From Octopus sinensis (taxonomy: Eukaryota), in NCBI RefSeq assembly GCF_006345805.1, contig NC_043024.1, positions 5,890,001-5,954,000 on the forward strand: DNA of 64,000 bases. Direction: 5' to 3'. Below, one piece after another: positions 12,848 to 27,443 of the stretch. Every line of letters starts with the position of its first letter. Within the stretch, counting starts at the first letter, position 1. The translations under genes and the position numbers were made by a program. The notes beneath the pieces were generated by a model. The model was not told the DNA's origin. It saw only the letters and a list, made by a program, of their open reading frames with translations, and searched no databases.

Positions 12848-15800
12848 TAAAAATGGTAAGATAACAAAAGAAAGAGAGAGACATCGATATTATGTAAATA
12901 GAGGAATTTATCAGTAAATGTAATATGGCCGGATAACTGAAGAGATGGTGGCATGGATTTCCACCTCAGCATCCGAAACTCAGGGTTTTACCTTGGCTAC
13001 CGAATAATTGTCACATATTACATTTACTGATATATATATATACAAGTGCACACACACACATACGCATACATATACACATATTCTCACACACATAACATGC
13101 ACACACACATAACATGCACACACACACACACACACACACAAAAGAGGGTACTCACCGGATATTTCTCACAGTCACATTCACAGATGAGTTCCATATCTAT
13201 AGTCAATGTATCATGCAGTCCAACAGGGTTGATCTTGATGCTTTGGTGCCGTGCACTGCTGCAGTCTGGTGCAGTTAACACCACTTTGAAGTCAACCTGT
13301 TGAATGAGAAGAAGAAGAAGAAGACAATAGAGGACACTAAATAAGCAGGGGCAGAGACAACAATGGTATAGGGACCATGAAAGGGGTCAGGAAGGGAGAT
13401 AGTATCTATGATGACTTACAGGGTGAGAAAAGGGTGTCTTTAAACTGGAGTCCTGGCTTAACCTTTTAGTTTTCACAAAATTCTATCAAAAGAAATGCAT
13501 ATTTATTCACATTGTTTTCTCTTGCATGGTCGCTTCAGAACTTCTTGATTGATGAGAGTTTGGTTTGTTCCATTCCACAGACTTCTGTTTGAAATTTTGT
13601 CTGACCACTAAATTTTGAGGATATTGTAGCACAGACATTTGTTGACGCAGATCTGTAGCTTACTCTTTATGGTCTTGGTGACCCTCCAAATTTTTTACCC
13701 ATAAAGCAAAATGGCCTCGATTTTGGAATTGAAGATACAGAGTTTTGTTTTGAGGGAGATGACTGGAATTCCAGATTGATTGGTTGAAGACTGTTGAAAG
13801 CATATGGGAGTAGAGTCCACAAAAATTCCAAAGGACCCAGTGGTCCTGTTAAACTGGCTAAAAGATTAAGTCTACCATCCAGGTAGGCGACAGTGGGATT
13901 TGAACTCAGAACAGCTCCTGTTGAACCATCCAATCCATGCCAGCATGGAAAACAGATGTTAAATGATGATGATGATGATGATGATAACTGAATCAAAGTG
14001 CCATGTAGTGGAATTGAAAATGGAACCATGAGGTTGCAAAGAGAAATTGTTAACGACATAACCAAACCTGCATCCAGTGGAATTAGAATGAAACAGACCC
14101 CCACCAACCCCCACCACCCCGAAAAATATAGAATATCCCTTACCGTTTGTGCTGGTTTAATGCCATCACAGGAATCTGAAGCTATCCATTTGGTTCTGTG
14201 GTGAAGAGTAAAATGGTAAGAGTAAAGGAGACAGCAGCATGGTAAAGATGGTTGGAAGTGAAGAAATATTGTGGAAGAAGTCTAGCAGCTGACCCTTGAG
14301 TGTGCTCTCACACTCAAGTCGATACTCCGACATTCACTCACATGTATATACTGCTACTCAACACTCACTCACATGCACATACTAATCTGAAACTCAGTCC
14401 AATACAAGTGCTTTTGTCCCACACTCACATGCATCCTTACCCTTCACTCACTCACATGCATGTATTCCAACTCTCACTCACATGTGTATGCTGTCACTCA
14501 ACACCCACTCACATGGATATACTAATCTTAAGCTTAGTCAAATACCAGTGCTTTCATCCCATTCTCACTTATACACATGTACCCTCACCCTTTTCTCATT
14601 CACATGTAAATGCCATCACCCACACTCACATGTGTGCATTCTTACCTTTCACTTACCCACATGTATGTGTTCCTACTCTTCACTCACATGTATATGCTGC
14701 CACTCAACACTCACTCACATGGATGTACTAATTCTAAACTCAGTCAAATACAAGTGCTTTTGTCCCACACTCACATGCATCCTTACCCTTCACTCACTCA
14801 CATGCATGAACCTTAATCCTTTAGCATTTAAACCGGCCCAGATATTCTACCTGTTTTATGGTCAAACTGAAGAGATCTGGCCTCTCGTACATACTCTGCA
14901 ATGTCATTCTAACAATAAACAAACACATCATCGAAATCTCAAAGCTATAAGATAATGCAAGATTAATCTAAAACGATGTGAATAAGCATCTCCAATAAAG
15001 TGCCAATCCCTAATTGTGGAGGGGAACCTGTGGAAGGGATAAACCCAGGAAGATGCAGGACAAAGTGGTGAGAAAGGATCTTCAGATGCTGGGCCTCACT
15101 GAGGAGATGACAAGGGACCAGGGGGTTGTGGGAATTTGCTGTGCTTGAGAAGACATGTCAAGTGAAGTGAAAATATGGCCATCCATACAGACTGGCATGT
15201 CGTTTATGGCTATGTCCCCACTCCCTCCCCCAGCAGAGAGGTCTTTGTCTTGCAGATGCTGATGCCAAGTAAAATGCACCCATACCAATTGGTATGCAGA
15301 AGGCACCCAGCACTTCTGTTATTCAAATGCCAGTTTGATTGAAACCCTGTCCGGGGCCCTTCACTGTTTGGCAGCTACAGCATGCCTGGTTTTAGTTGCA
15401 GTTTAAGTTGGAATTTTTAGGGAGCAAGTCAACCTATTTCTTTACTACCCACAAGGGGCTAAACACAGAGGGGACAAACAAAGACAGACAAATGGATTAA
15501 GTCGATTCTATCGACCCCAGTGCGTAACTGGTACTTATTTAATCGACCCCGAAAGGATGAAAGGCAAAGTCGACCTCGGCAGAATTTGAACTCAGAATGT
15601 AACGGCAGACAAAATACCACTAAGCATTTCACCCGGTGTGCTAACGTTTCTGCCAGCTCGCCACCTTTTTTTAGGGAGCAAGTCAACCTTCATCATCATC
15701 ACTATCATCAACAACATTTAATGCCGGTTTTCCATGCTGACATAGCCTGGACAGCTTGACCAGAACTGGGAAGGCTAGGGGTCACATCAAGTTCCATGGT

Positions 15801-16162
15801 CCATTGTGGGCTCATTTCTACAGCTGGTTGCCCTTCTTAACACCAACCACTCTACAGAGTGTACTGGGTGCTTTTTACAATAACACCAGCACTAGTGAAT
15901 TTTATGTGGCCCCAGCATCAGTGCTTTTTACATGTCACTTTGGTTTTAGGATATCCATTCTGTTGTGGTAGGTGGGTCTTGTTTCAGTCATTGACCTGTG
16001 GCCAAGCTGGGGCACTACCTTGAAGGGTTTTAGTAAAGCAAATCAACTCCCTTTTTAAAAATATTTTTTATTTTTAAGCCTGGTAATTATTCTATCAATC
16101 TCATTTTGCTGAATCACTAAGTTAAAGAGACATAAACATACCAACAGCAGTTGTCAAGTGGT

Positions 16163-16204
<42 letters not shown>

Positions 16205-18116
16205 GATGGGTTTCTTTCAGTTTCTGTCTGATGTTCATATCTATGATTCACTGAGGTCTCTACAGTAGAAAACACTTAGCTATGGTGCCATGAAGTGGGA
16301 CTGAACCCGGAATCATGTGATTGGAAAGCGAACTTCTTATGAAACAGCTACCCCTACACTTGTGATAATATAACGTAGAGAAGTACCCCTTACCCTTTAC
16401 ATTTTGACATAATCGTAAAATTCAGATTCTTGTTTGGTGAAACAATTTTAACTCCTGAGGTTATGTTCTGGAAATATAGGCAAAAGATAAAGACAATATA
16501 AAAACAATATAAAGAACAAATATACACAATATTGAACTCAGAATTTTGGTAAAATCAAAAGGAATTCTTATGTGAGTGTCTTACTGGGTTTAGTTGATTC
16601 ATTGATCAAATGAATGAATGAAAGCAAAAGAGAAAGAAGGAGAGAAAGACAGACAAACAGCTGGATTGATCAATAGACAGACAGATGGATTGATCGACAG
16701 ACAGATGGATTGATCGACAGACAGATGGATTGATCGATAGACAGATTGATTGATCGATAGACAGATGGATTGATTGACAGACAGATGGATTGATCGACAG
16801 ACAGACAGATGGATTGATCTATAGACAGATGGATTGATCGATAGACAGATGGATTGATCGATAGACAGATGGATTGATCGACAGACAGATGGATTGATTG
16901 ATAGACAGATGGATTGATCGACAGACAGATGGATTGATCGATAGATGGATTGATTGATAGACAGATGGATTGATCGACAGACAGACAGATGGATTGATCG
17001 ATAGACAGATGGATTGATCGGCAGACAGATGGATTGATCGACAGACAGACATATGGATTGATTGACAGACAGACAGATGGATTGATCGACACACAGACAG
17101 ATGGATTGATCGACAGACAGATAGACAGATTGATCGACAGACAGAGGGATCAATCAATAGACAGACAGATGAATTGATTGACAGACAGATGGATTGATCG
17201 ATAGACAGACAAATGAATTGTTTGATAGACAGATGGATCGATCGATAGACAAACAGACCAATCAATAGACAAACAGATGAACGAACGGACTGATTGGCTG
17301 TTGGTCTGACAGACAGACAGATGGATCGATAGATAGATACATACATACATAGACAGATAGATGGATTGATCGATAGATAGACAGATGAATGGATTGGTCA
17401 ATAAACAGACAGGCAGATAGAAAGATAGACAAACAGATACAGATAGAAACACAGAAATAGACAGACAGACAGAGAAAGAGAGAAATGGTAAAGCTGAGCA
17501 ACTCACAGCATAGTTGTCTTTGACAATATCAGCAATTGTGTAATCCTTACTGTCCAACTTGCTAACATAGGCACCAGACAGGCTGCCTTGCAGTTTTTTG
17601 TAGAGATTCAACTGGTTCTTGCCGGCCACAGCAAAGATGACGGTCACTTTATTCTGTTCAATCACCTCAGCAAGATGTCCGACTGAGGGATAATCCTGTG
17701 GAGAAACAAAGAATCGAGAGGAGAATTAACCTTGCTTAACCATTCTGATATGTAACGAAATCCCTCCTCAGTTCCACAATACACCAGAGAGGGTTCAAAT
17801 TGACTGAATTCCTCTCGTATGACTTTGGTCAACTTGGTGCTACAGAGGAAAACCATTGCTCAAGGGGCCACGTAGAGGGATCAAGCCCACAGGCTGGTGT
17901 CACAGACTTCTTAATCACAGAGTATGGGCAAATGTGGTTCAGAAGCTGACTTCCCAACCATGTAGTCCTGGGTTCAAGTTCTGCTGAGCAGCACCTTGGG
18001 CAAGTGTTTTCTACTACATCACATCAACTAATACCTTGTGAACGGATTTGGTAGATGGAAACTAAAAGAAGCCTCTCATTCATATATGCATATGCATGTA
18101 TATATGTATGTGTGTT

Positions 18117-18160
<44 letters not shown>

Positions 18161-18218
18161 ATACATACATACATACATCTATCTATCTATAAATATACAT
18201 TATGTGTATGTATGTATG

Positions 18219-18257
<39 letters not shown>

Positions 18258-20726
18258 AGGGGTAAAATATAAAAAATCAACGAAAATGCACTGGTGTTGT
18301 TCAAACGATGAATAATTTTGCGTAAACCATGGTCCATTTTGTTCTCTTACTTTATTATCATCTTATAATCATCTCATAATAATGACCTTTATGACTCGTA
18401 TTACTATCTCAGTCAATCTAAATGTATATATTTGTCGTTACCTGTCATAAGTAGCCTTTTTCTATTTGCAATATGCATTTTCGTTGATTTTACATATTTT
18501 ACCCTTACATTCCGCGCGTATTTTATATTTTCTTTTCTTAACATATTTCTACTATATATATATACAAAGTGAATATTAGGCTTTAATAAAGTACTGTGGT
18601 TGATTCATTCAATTAAAAATTCTTCAAGGCAGTGCCCCAGTATGGCCGCAGTCTAATGACAAACAATATATATATATGTATATGGAGGATGGTCGGAACA
18701 GAGTAAAGTAAGAAACGAAACTCTGGTTTCTTGGCATGAACAGATAAGGCAGAGTTACTTCCCTTTAAATGACTGCTTCTCAATCGTCAAAGATAGCATT
18801 TCCTATTCTTTGTAAATTCAGAGGAATTCCAGTGAGAGAGATGGGGGACAGAAGAAACATTGGGGAGGGATCCCGAGAGATTAGCAAATTTGGCGGCATA
18901 GAAAACGCTCTTTTCTTTGTAAACAAATAAAAGCTTCTCAAAAAATTTTTCTCCCTGGGTCCTACACATGAAGTCGACCTTCCCTATAAGCTAATTTTGT
19001 GTCTGACATTCACTACTATTGGCTAATTCTAATCCAGACAGTCTCTTTTTATCTAACCAGATTCTCTATAATATTGTAATTCTTTCAACGTTGGGCAAAA
19101 GGCCTGGAATTTTGGTGGCTGAGAGCAAGTCTATCATTTCAACATCACTGTTTAACTAAGTACTTAATGTTATCAACCGTGAATGGACAAAAGGCAGAGC
19201 TGACCACCAACCGGTCCTTGGCTGTTTTTAAGAGAGTCAATTCACTTGGTCTTTGGCTATCTTTAAAAATGTCCACCAAATTGTCACCCGGTTTAACCCT
19301 TTTGTTACCATATTTCTGTTGAGATGCTCTGTGTTTCTTTCAATTATTTTAAATATAACAAAGAATTTAGTAAAATAACTTAGTTATCATTAAGTTGGTG
19401 TTAGGAACATAAATTGTGACTAAGGTTTGGTGGAAGATTTTAATTCAGAACTTATGAAAACAGGACATTTGTTACTCTATTTCTGTTGAGATGCTCTGTT
19501 TCAGAGGCTGTTTCAACTGGGTTGGTATTGCAAGGGTTAAGAATTGTTTCTCTATTATATATATTTCAACCCTTTCGTTACCATATTTATTTTGAGATGC
19601 TCTATGTTTCTTTCAATTAATTTTAAATATAACAAAGAATTTAGTAAAATAACTTAGTTATCATTAAGTTGGTGTTAGGAACATAAATTGTGACTAAGGT
19701 TTGGTGGAAGATTTTAATTCAAAACTTATGAAAACAAGACATTTGTACAACAGAGCCAGAGGCGGTTTCAGCCAAGCTGGTATCAAAAGCATTAAGAATT
19801 GTTTCTCTATTATATTTTAACCTTTTTGTTACCATATTTCTGTTGAGATGCTCTGTGTTTCTTTCAATTAATTTTAAATATAACACAGAATTTAGTAAAA
19901 TAACTTAGTTATCATTAAGTTAGTAAGAACATAAATTATGACTAAGGTTTCATGGAAGAGTTTCATTCAAAACTTTTGAAAACAAGACATCTGTACTACA
20001 GAGCCAGAGGCAGTTTCAGCCGGGCTGGTATCAAAAGGGTTAATACCACCACTTGGTCCTTGGCTACCTTTAGTAGAGTCCATTCTGTTGTCACCCAGCT
20101 TAACACCACCACTTGGTCCCCAGTTTAACACCACATCCTGGTCCTTGGTTACCTTTAGTAATGTCCACTATGTTGCCACCCAATTTAACAGCTCCAACTG
20201 GTCCTTTGCTACCTTTACAGGTGCCCATTCTGTTGCAAGCATTTAAACCAGATGTCCAGGTTTCACAATAACTTCATTTCTTCCAACAACCTACCTGAGT
20301 ATCTCAGAGAACCTGGAAAGGGTTTTTGGATGCCAGTTGTTTCTTTTCTGGTAAAGCCACAAAGAAAATTAAAATAAAAAGCAATCAGAATGAATTGTCT
20401 TACCTGAGATTCTGCTTTGGTGTATTTGTTATTATTTAAATGGCACTTGCCATCGTTGGGTAAGACAAGACCACCAAGCTGCAAGAGAAAGAAAAAAGGG
20501 GTTTTAAGATTGATTAAAATAGCACAATGAAGAATTTTCAGGTGAGGGAGGGGCACATGTGATTAAATCTTTCAGGAGTGGCAGGAGTGGCTGTGTGGTT
20601 AACAACCACATGGTTCTGAACCGCTAAGTTACAGGGACATAAACACACCAACATCAGTTGTCAAGCGATGGTAGGGCGACAAACACAGACACAAAGACAC
20701 ACACACATAAATATATATACACATAA

Positions 20727-20801
<75 letters not shown>

Positions 20802-23800
20802 ATCCAAACATGAAAGCACAAAAAAACACAACAACGCGAGGATGTGGAACAAATAGAGTTTTATTGGACACTCAGGAAAGAAGGAAAGAAGGAGGGTTTA
20901 ACGTTTCGAGCCGAGCTCTTCATCGGAAACATAGAAGAAGGAAAGATCCAGAGAAGGGAAGACAGAGGAAATAAATCGCCAACGGTACACACAAGGTCAC
21001 ATTTATATATATATATATATCTGTAAATATATGTGGCAGTTATTCCGTAGCCATGATAAAACTCCGAGTTTTGGATGTCGGGGTCGAAACTCAGAGTTTT
21101 ATCATGGCTACAGAATAATTGTCACATATTATATTTACAGATAAATTCCTCTATTTACATAATATCGAGGTCTCTTTCATTCTTTTGTTGTCTTGCCATT
21201 TCTATCAATATATATATATATATATAATTTTGAGAAACACCACTATTAAAACATATACTATAAAAAAGGTTTTTTTTTATAGTATATGTTTTCTATATGG
21301 TGTATATCTTTCATTATTGAATTGTTTAATAGACGTTTTTCTCTAAATTATACACATATATTATATATTGTGAAATTTGACTTAAAATTGTTAAATTGAA
21401 TTTTTCCCTGTAAGTTTTGGAATTATATTCCATACTATTATTATTATGCACACAACAGGCGTCTTTCAGTTTCCATCTACCAAATCCACTCACAAGGCTT
21501 TGGTCAGCCCAAGCCTATAGTAGAAGACACTTGCCCAGAGTGCCACACAGTGTGACTGAACCCGGAACCATGTGGTTGGGAAGCAGGCTTCTTATCACAC
21601 TGCCATACCTGCACCTATATTTTTATAATTGAATATTATTATGAATTGTAATTAAAAAAACTATTAAAAGATTTTTTGCATTATAAAAGTAAAACTAATT
21701 TATTGCACATAAATTCTTACAAAAAATCTTCTCTGGGACCCAGTTGAAAACCACTGAGTTAACCAATATTGAAGTGAAGGTGCATGGCTTAGTGGTTAGG
21801 GCACTGAGCTCTTGATCATTATGTTGTGAGTTCAATTCCCAGCTATGCATTGTGTCCTTGAGCAAGATACTTCATTTCTCGTTGCTCCAGTCCACTCAGC
21901 TGGTAAAAATGAGTTGTGCCTTTATTTCAATGGGGTCAGCCTTGTCACACTCTGTGTCATACAGAATCTCCCTTAGAAAAACATTAAGGGTACATATGTC
22001 TGTGGAGTGCTCAGCCATTTGAACGTTAATTTCATGAGCAGGCTGTTCCGTGGATCGGATCAACTGGAACCCTCATCGTCATAACCGATGGAGTACAAGT
22101 TAACCAAATGCTTAGAACTCCATCTACCTCCTTCATCATCATCATCATCATCGTTTAACGTCCGTTCTCCATGCTAGCATGGGTTGGACGGTTCGACCGG
22201 GGATCTGGGAAGCCAGAAGGCTGCACCAGGCTCCGGTCTTATCTGGCAATGTTTCTACAGCTGGATGCCCTTCCTAACGCCAACCACTCCGTGAATGTAG
22301 CGGGTGCTTTTTATGTGCCACCCGCACAGGTGCCAGGCGAGGCTGGCATTGGCCATGGTTGGATTGGTGCATTTTACGTGCCACCTGCACGGAAGCCAGT
22401 CGAGGCGGCACTGGCTTCGGCCACGATTCGGATGGTGCTTTTTACGTGCCACCGACACGGAAGCCAGTCGAGGCGGCGCTGGCATCGGCCACGATTCGGA
22501 TGGTGCTTTTTACGTATCTCCAGTCCAGGGGTCCTGGCATCTGCCGGGTGCCAGTCATAGGATTGGTTCAATTTCGATTCCGATTTCACTTGCCCCAACA
22601 GGTCTTCGCAAGCAAAGGAGGTTGGCATGGGTACCTGTCGTCGGATGAGGTTCGATATCGACTTCGCTTGCCTCAACAGGTCTTTGTGTGTCCAAGGGAG
22701 GAAAGGCATGCATAAGTGGGCTGGACTCACTTGTCCTGCTTGGTCTTCTCACGTACAGCATATTTCCAAAGGTCTCGGTCGCTGGTCATTTCCTCAGTGA
22801 GGCCTAAAGTTTGAAGGTCGTGCTTCACCACCTCGTCCCAAGTTTTCCTGGGTATACCTCTTCCACGGGTTCCCTCAACTGCTAGGGATTGGCACTTTTT
22901 CACACACCTATCTTCATCCATTCTCGCCACATGACCATACCAGCACAATAGTCTTTCTTGCACACCACAACTGATGCTTCTTAGGTCCAACATTTCTCTC
23001 AAGGTACTAACGCTCTGTCGAGTATGCACACTGACATTACACATCCATCGGAACATACTGGCTTCATTTCTCGGGAGCTTATGCATGTCCTCAGCAGTCA
23101 CGGCCCATGTTTCAATGCCATGTAGCATGGCTGTTCGTACACATGCATCGTACAGTCTGCCTTTTACTCTGAGCGAGAGGCCTTTAGTCACCAGCAGAGG
23201 TAAGAGCTCCCTAAACTTTGCCCAGGCTATTCTTATTCTAGCAGTTACACTTTCAACGCACCCACCCCCACTACTGACTTGGTCACCAAGATAACGAAAG
23301 CTATCAACTACTTCTAGTTTTTCCCCCTGGAAAGTGATGGAAGTTGTTTTCTGCAGATTTTCAGGGTTAATGCTCCCGGGCATCTGCCACATACAAAAAC
23401 TATCTTCCCAGCTAGCCTTCCTTTGACATTGCTGCACCTCTTATGTGTCCATAGCTTACACTGGGTACATCTTATCCAAATTCCGATTCAATATTAAATC
23501 TTGTCCCCCAGTTTTTGTTTCGTTCTATGTAAATTGACTAACTTAGTGTGTATGAAGGGGTACAGAAAAGTTCCTGCCTTTAAAGGTATCACAAAAGGAC
23601 TGGTTGGAGGTCCAACCATCTGAGTTCTTTTACACGACTTAGAAACATTGAAGGACCACTGCAATAAGTGTGTGGGTCAGAGAGGGGGAATATGTTGAAT
23701 AAAATGATGATTAACCGATCCTCCTGTATTTTCTTTTACCCACCCTTTTGATACCAACCCACCTGAGACTGACCCCCCCCCCAGTTCCAGGACATAAACT

Positions 23801-24533
23801 TACTGTTTTGAAGTGATCTAAATTATAATCTTCCATAAGAACTCTAAGTTAATTTTTGTCAGACACCAACTTAATAATGAGAAAGTTATATTTCAAAATT
23901 CTTCATTATTTCAAAAATTAATTGAAACGAAAGTATTATGGGTCAACAAAAATATGGTAACAAAAGAGTTAATAAGAAAAAGCTATGGGCTTGTACTCAC
24001 CTTACCATCACCAGCATAATGAAATGAAGCATCAGAACAATAAATAATCAGTTTACGGGAGTTGTTTCGCCATCCTATTTTGTCCTGTAATAGATAAATA
24101 TATATGTATGTATTAATATATATATGTATTAATCAAATATATATATATATATATAATAATAATAATAGTAGGGAATATAATTCCAAACTTTAGCAATTCT
24201 AAATCAAATTTCCCAATATATAATATATGTATATAATTTAGAGAAAAACCTCTATTAAACAATTCAATAGTGAAGGATGTTATTCACACCATATAGAAAA
24301 AGTTAAATATACTATTAAAACCTTATTCTAAAAATCAATAATGTACATAAACAATAAATAGTAGATAGACTATGCACATTTTGTGGTTATATTTTCAAAT
24401 CGATAATAAAATCAATTAAAATTAATTCTATTTAAAAATATAGTCACTCATCAGGTCTATTTACTATTTATTGTTTATATACTCTATTGATTTTTATACA
24501 TATATCATAAATATATTTTTATACATACATACA

Positions 24534-24602
<69 letters not shown>

Positions 24603-27374
24603 GTGGTATGTATGTATTGGGCCATCCCACAAATAATGCGGTTTTTTCAATTGCATAAATCAAAAGTCGGAGGGGAATGGGATTAACTACCTGTATGAAC
24701 TTGCCATAAAAGCAGGTAGTAATTTTGCCTTGGTCTTATTCTTAGTGCAAGTTTTGAAGAGTGCAGTTCGATTTTAACAGTTATTTTTTCAAAGCTATCA
24801 TGAAAGTGACAAAGGAGCATATTCAGCATGTGTATAGGCATATATATATGATGGGCTTCTTTCAGTTTCCGTCTACCAAATCCACTCACGAGGCTTTGGT
24901 CAGCTGAAGGCTATAGTAGAAGACACTTGCCCAAGGTGCCATGCAGTGGGACTGAACCTGGAGCCATGTGGTTGGGAAGCAAGCTTCTTAGCACACAAAA
25001 TATGAATATAAAAAAATCTAGGTACTTACTCCACAGACAATAGTCTGCATCATGGCTTCTAATCCTGCTTCAGGGTTGTCCAGATTGGCAGAAGACAAAT
25101 TCTGCAGCTGGCTGACTTTGTCCTGCAAGGAAGCAAAAGATTTTTGATTAATTTTTAATTCCAGCTTGTTAATGTTGTTGTTGCTTTTGTTGTTCTTGAT
25201 TTTGTTGCTGTTATTGACAACTAGTCGTGACCTATTGCTACACTGCCGGGTAATATCCAAGTCAAGATGAAATAGAACCTTCAGCAGAAAACTACTACAA
25301 TCACTACATTGATATACTCTTTTACTCTCTTTACTTGTTTCAGTCATGTGACGGTGGTCATGCTGGAGCACCACCTTTAGTCGAGCAAATCAATCCCAGG
25401 ACTTATTCTTTGTAAGCCTAGTACTTATTCTATTGGTCTCTTTTGCTGAACCACTAAGTGACGGGGACGTAAAGACACCAGCATTGGTTGTCAAGTGATG
25501 TTGGACCGATAGAATAAGTACTAGGCTTACAAAGAATAAGTCCTGGGGTCGATTTGCTCGACTAAAGGCGGTGCTCCAGCATGGCCGTAGTCAAATGACT
25601 GAAACAAGTAAAAGACTAAAAAGTATATATATCAAAATAATGTTAGAGATAGAGCCACCCACAACTTCATCAACTCCAAACGGTATTAACTCAACCAAGC
25701 CATAAAATATTAAATAATATATTTACTATTTCTATTCATAATCCAAAAATTTTCCATATTACGGACTACACGTGTTTCATGAGGGTACGTATAGTATTGT
25801 TAAGACACAAAGTCTCATTTAAAAACTCATTATCTTTACGCACTCCCAATCGTCAGGTCTACTTTCCCCACATGTATAAATATTACTACTCCTTATATAT
25901 CACTATGTTTGTCAAAATTAATTACAAGTATATAAGTATAAATAAGTAAATAAATAAGTTCATGAACCTTATAAATTTAAGACATAAATATTTAAACTCT
26001 TAAATATATCTCCTTCTGTGTATAAATATATTACCAAACAAACATGATTTTTATTGAACTCCTTATACTTTTTGTTGAATATTTTCTTAAATACTTTCTT
26101 GTAAACTATTTTAATATTTTCTTATTATTATCAAAGAATGTATACTGTATTCTAATGCTTTTGTGGTAATCAGTACTTAACACAACAAAGCTTTTACAAA
26201 ACTTTTACATTTTACTTTTGACAATCTTTTTCTTAAAAAGTGAAACCATTGAAGTGAATAAACTTTAAAATTGCATTTTGAAACCTTCTTTCATTTATGT
26301 GTGTGTGTGTGTGTGGCAAAAAGAAAATAGAGGGATACAAAAATAACATACATCAGCCGGTAGACATTCTACTATGTCTATTTATTCCAAAACAAAAGGG
26401 AGTATTATAAGAATAGATACACATGCAAAGACTGTGTGCTACATAAATATATACTAGTAGTACATAAAAGAGTAAAACGTTAGAAAATCAGTTCCTTACG
26501 ACCATTTCTACCAAGAGGCTATGATATCCTCCATGCTAGCTCCATCCCTTCAGTGTTCTGTAGGGATGTGTAGATAGAATTTGGATGTTGAATGTGCCCT
26601 AGGCTGCTTCAGAGGGTCTAAATAGTTAGGAGAACTGATACATACAAGAGTCAGTTACTAATAGGTACTGTATAGTTTTCTTATTGAAGAGGGCAGAAGA
26701 AGAATAGGAGCAAGACTTTGAGTGTATGAGAAGTAAAATTTAGTAAAATGGATTAGATATAGGAAAGAGAAATAAGTCAAAGACATCAAGTGATGCCTTC
26801 CAAGTTATCCATGTTATTTTTTTCAGTGGTGGAAAGGTAGGTGTAGTCATTCTATCTTTATAAAAATATACAGTACCTATTAGTAACTGACTCTTGTATG
26901 TATCGGCTCTCCTAACCATTTAGACCCTCTGATGAAGCCTAGAGGCACACTCAACATCTGAACTCTATCTACCCATCCCTAGCATGCAGGATATCGTGGC
27001 CTCATGGCAGAAATGGCCGTAAGGAACTGATCTTTTAATCTTTTACTCTTTTAAGTATTACTATTATTACGAGTATATATTTGTGTAGAAGACAGTCTTT
27101 GCATGTTTATCTATTCTTATAATATTCCCTTTTGTTTTGGAATAAATAGACATAATAGAATGTCTACGGGCTGATCCATGTCATTTTTGTATCCCCTTCA
27201 ATTTCTTTTTGCTGTATAAATTAAGGGCAAACCACATTTTACCCATACCCATATATGACACTCGATTGCAAAATTGCCACACAATAACCAGCACTTGGGT
27301 CTTAATAATTGGGCACACTACCAGCAGTATATTGGATAGGTACTACCCCTTAGTTGGATGGCTTCCCAACCCCC

Positions 27375-27411
<37 letters not shown>

Positions 27412-27412
27412 C

Positions 27413-27443
<31 letters not shown>

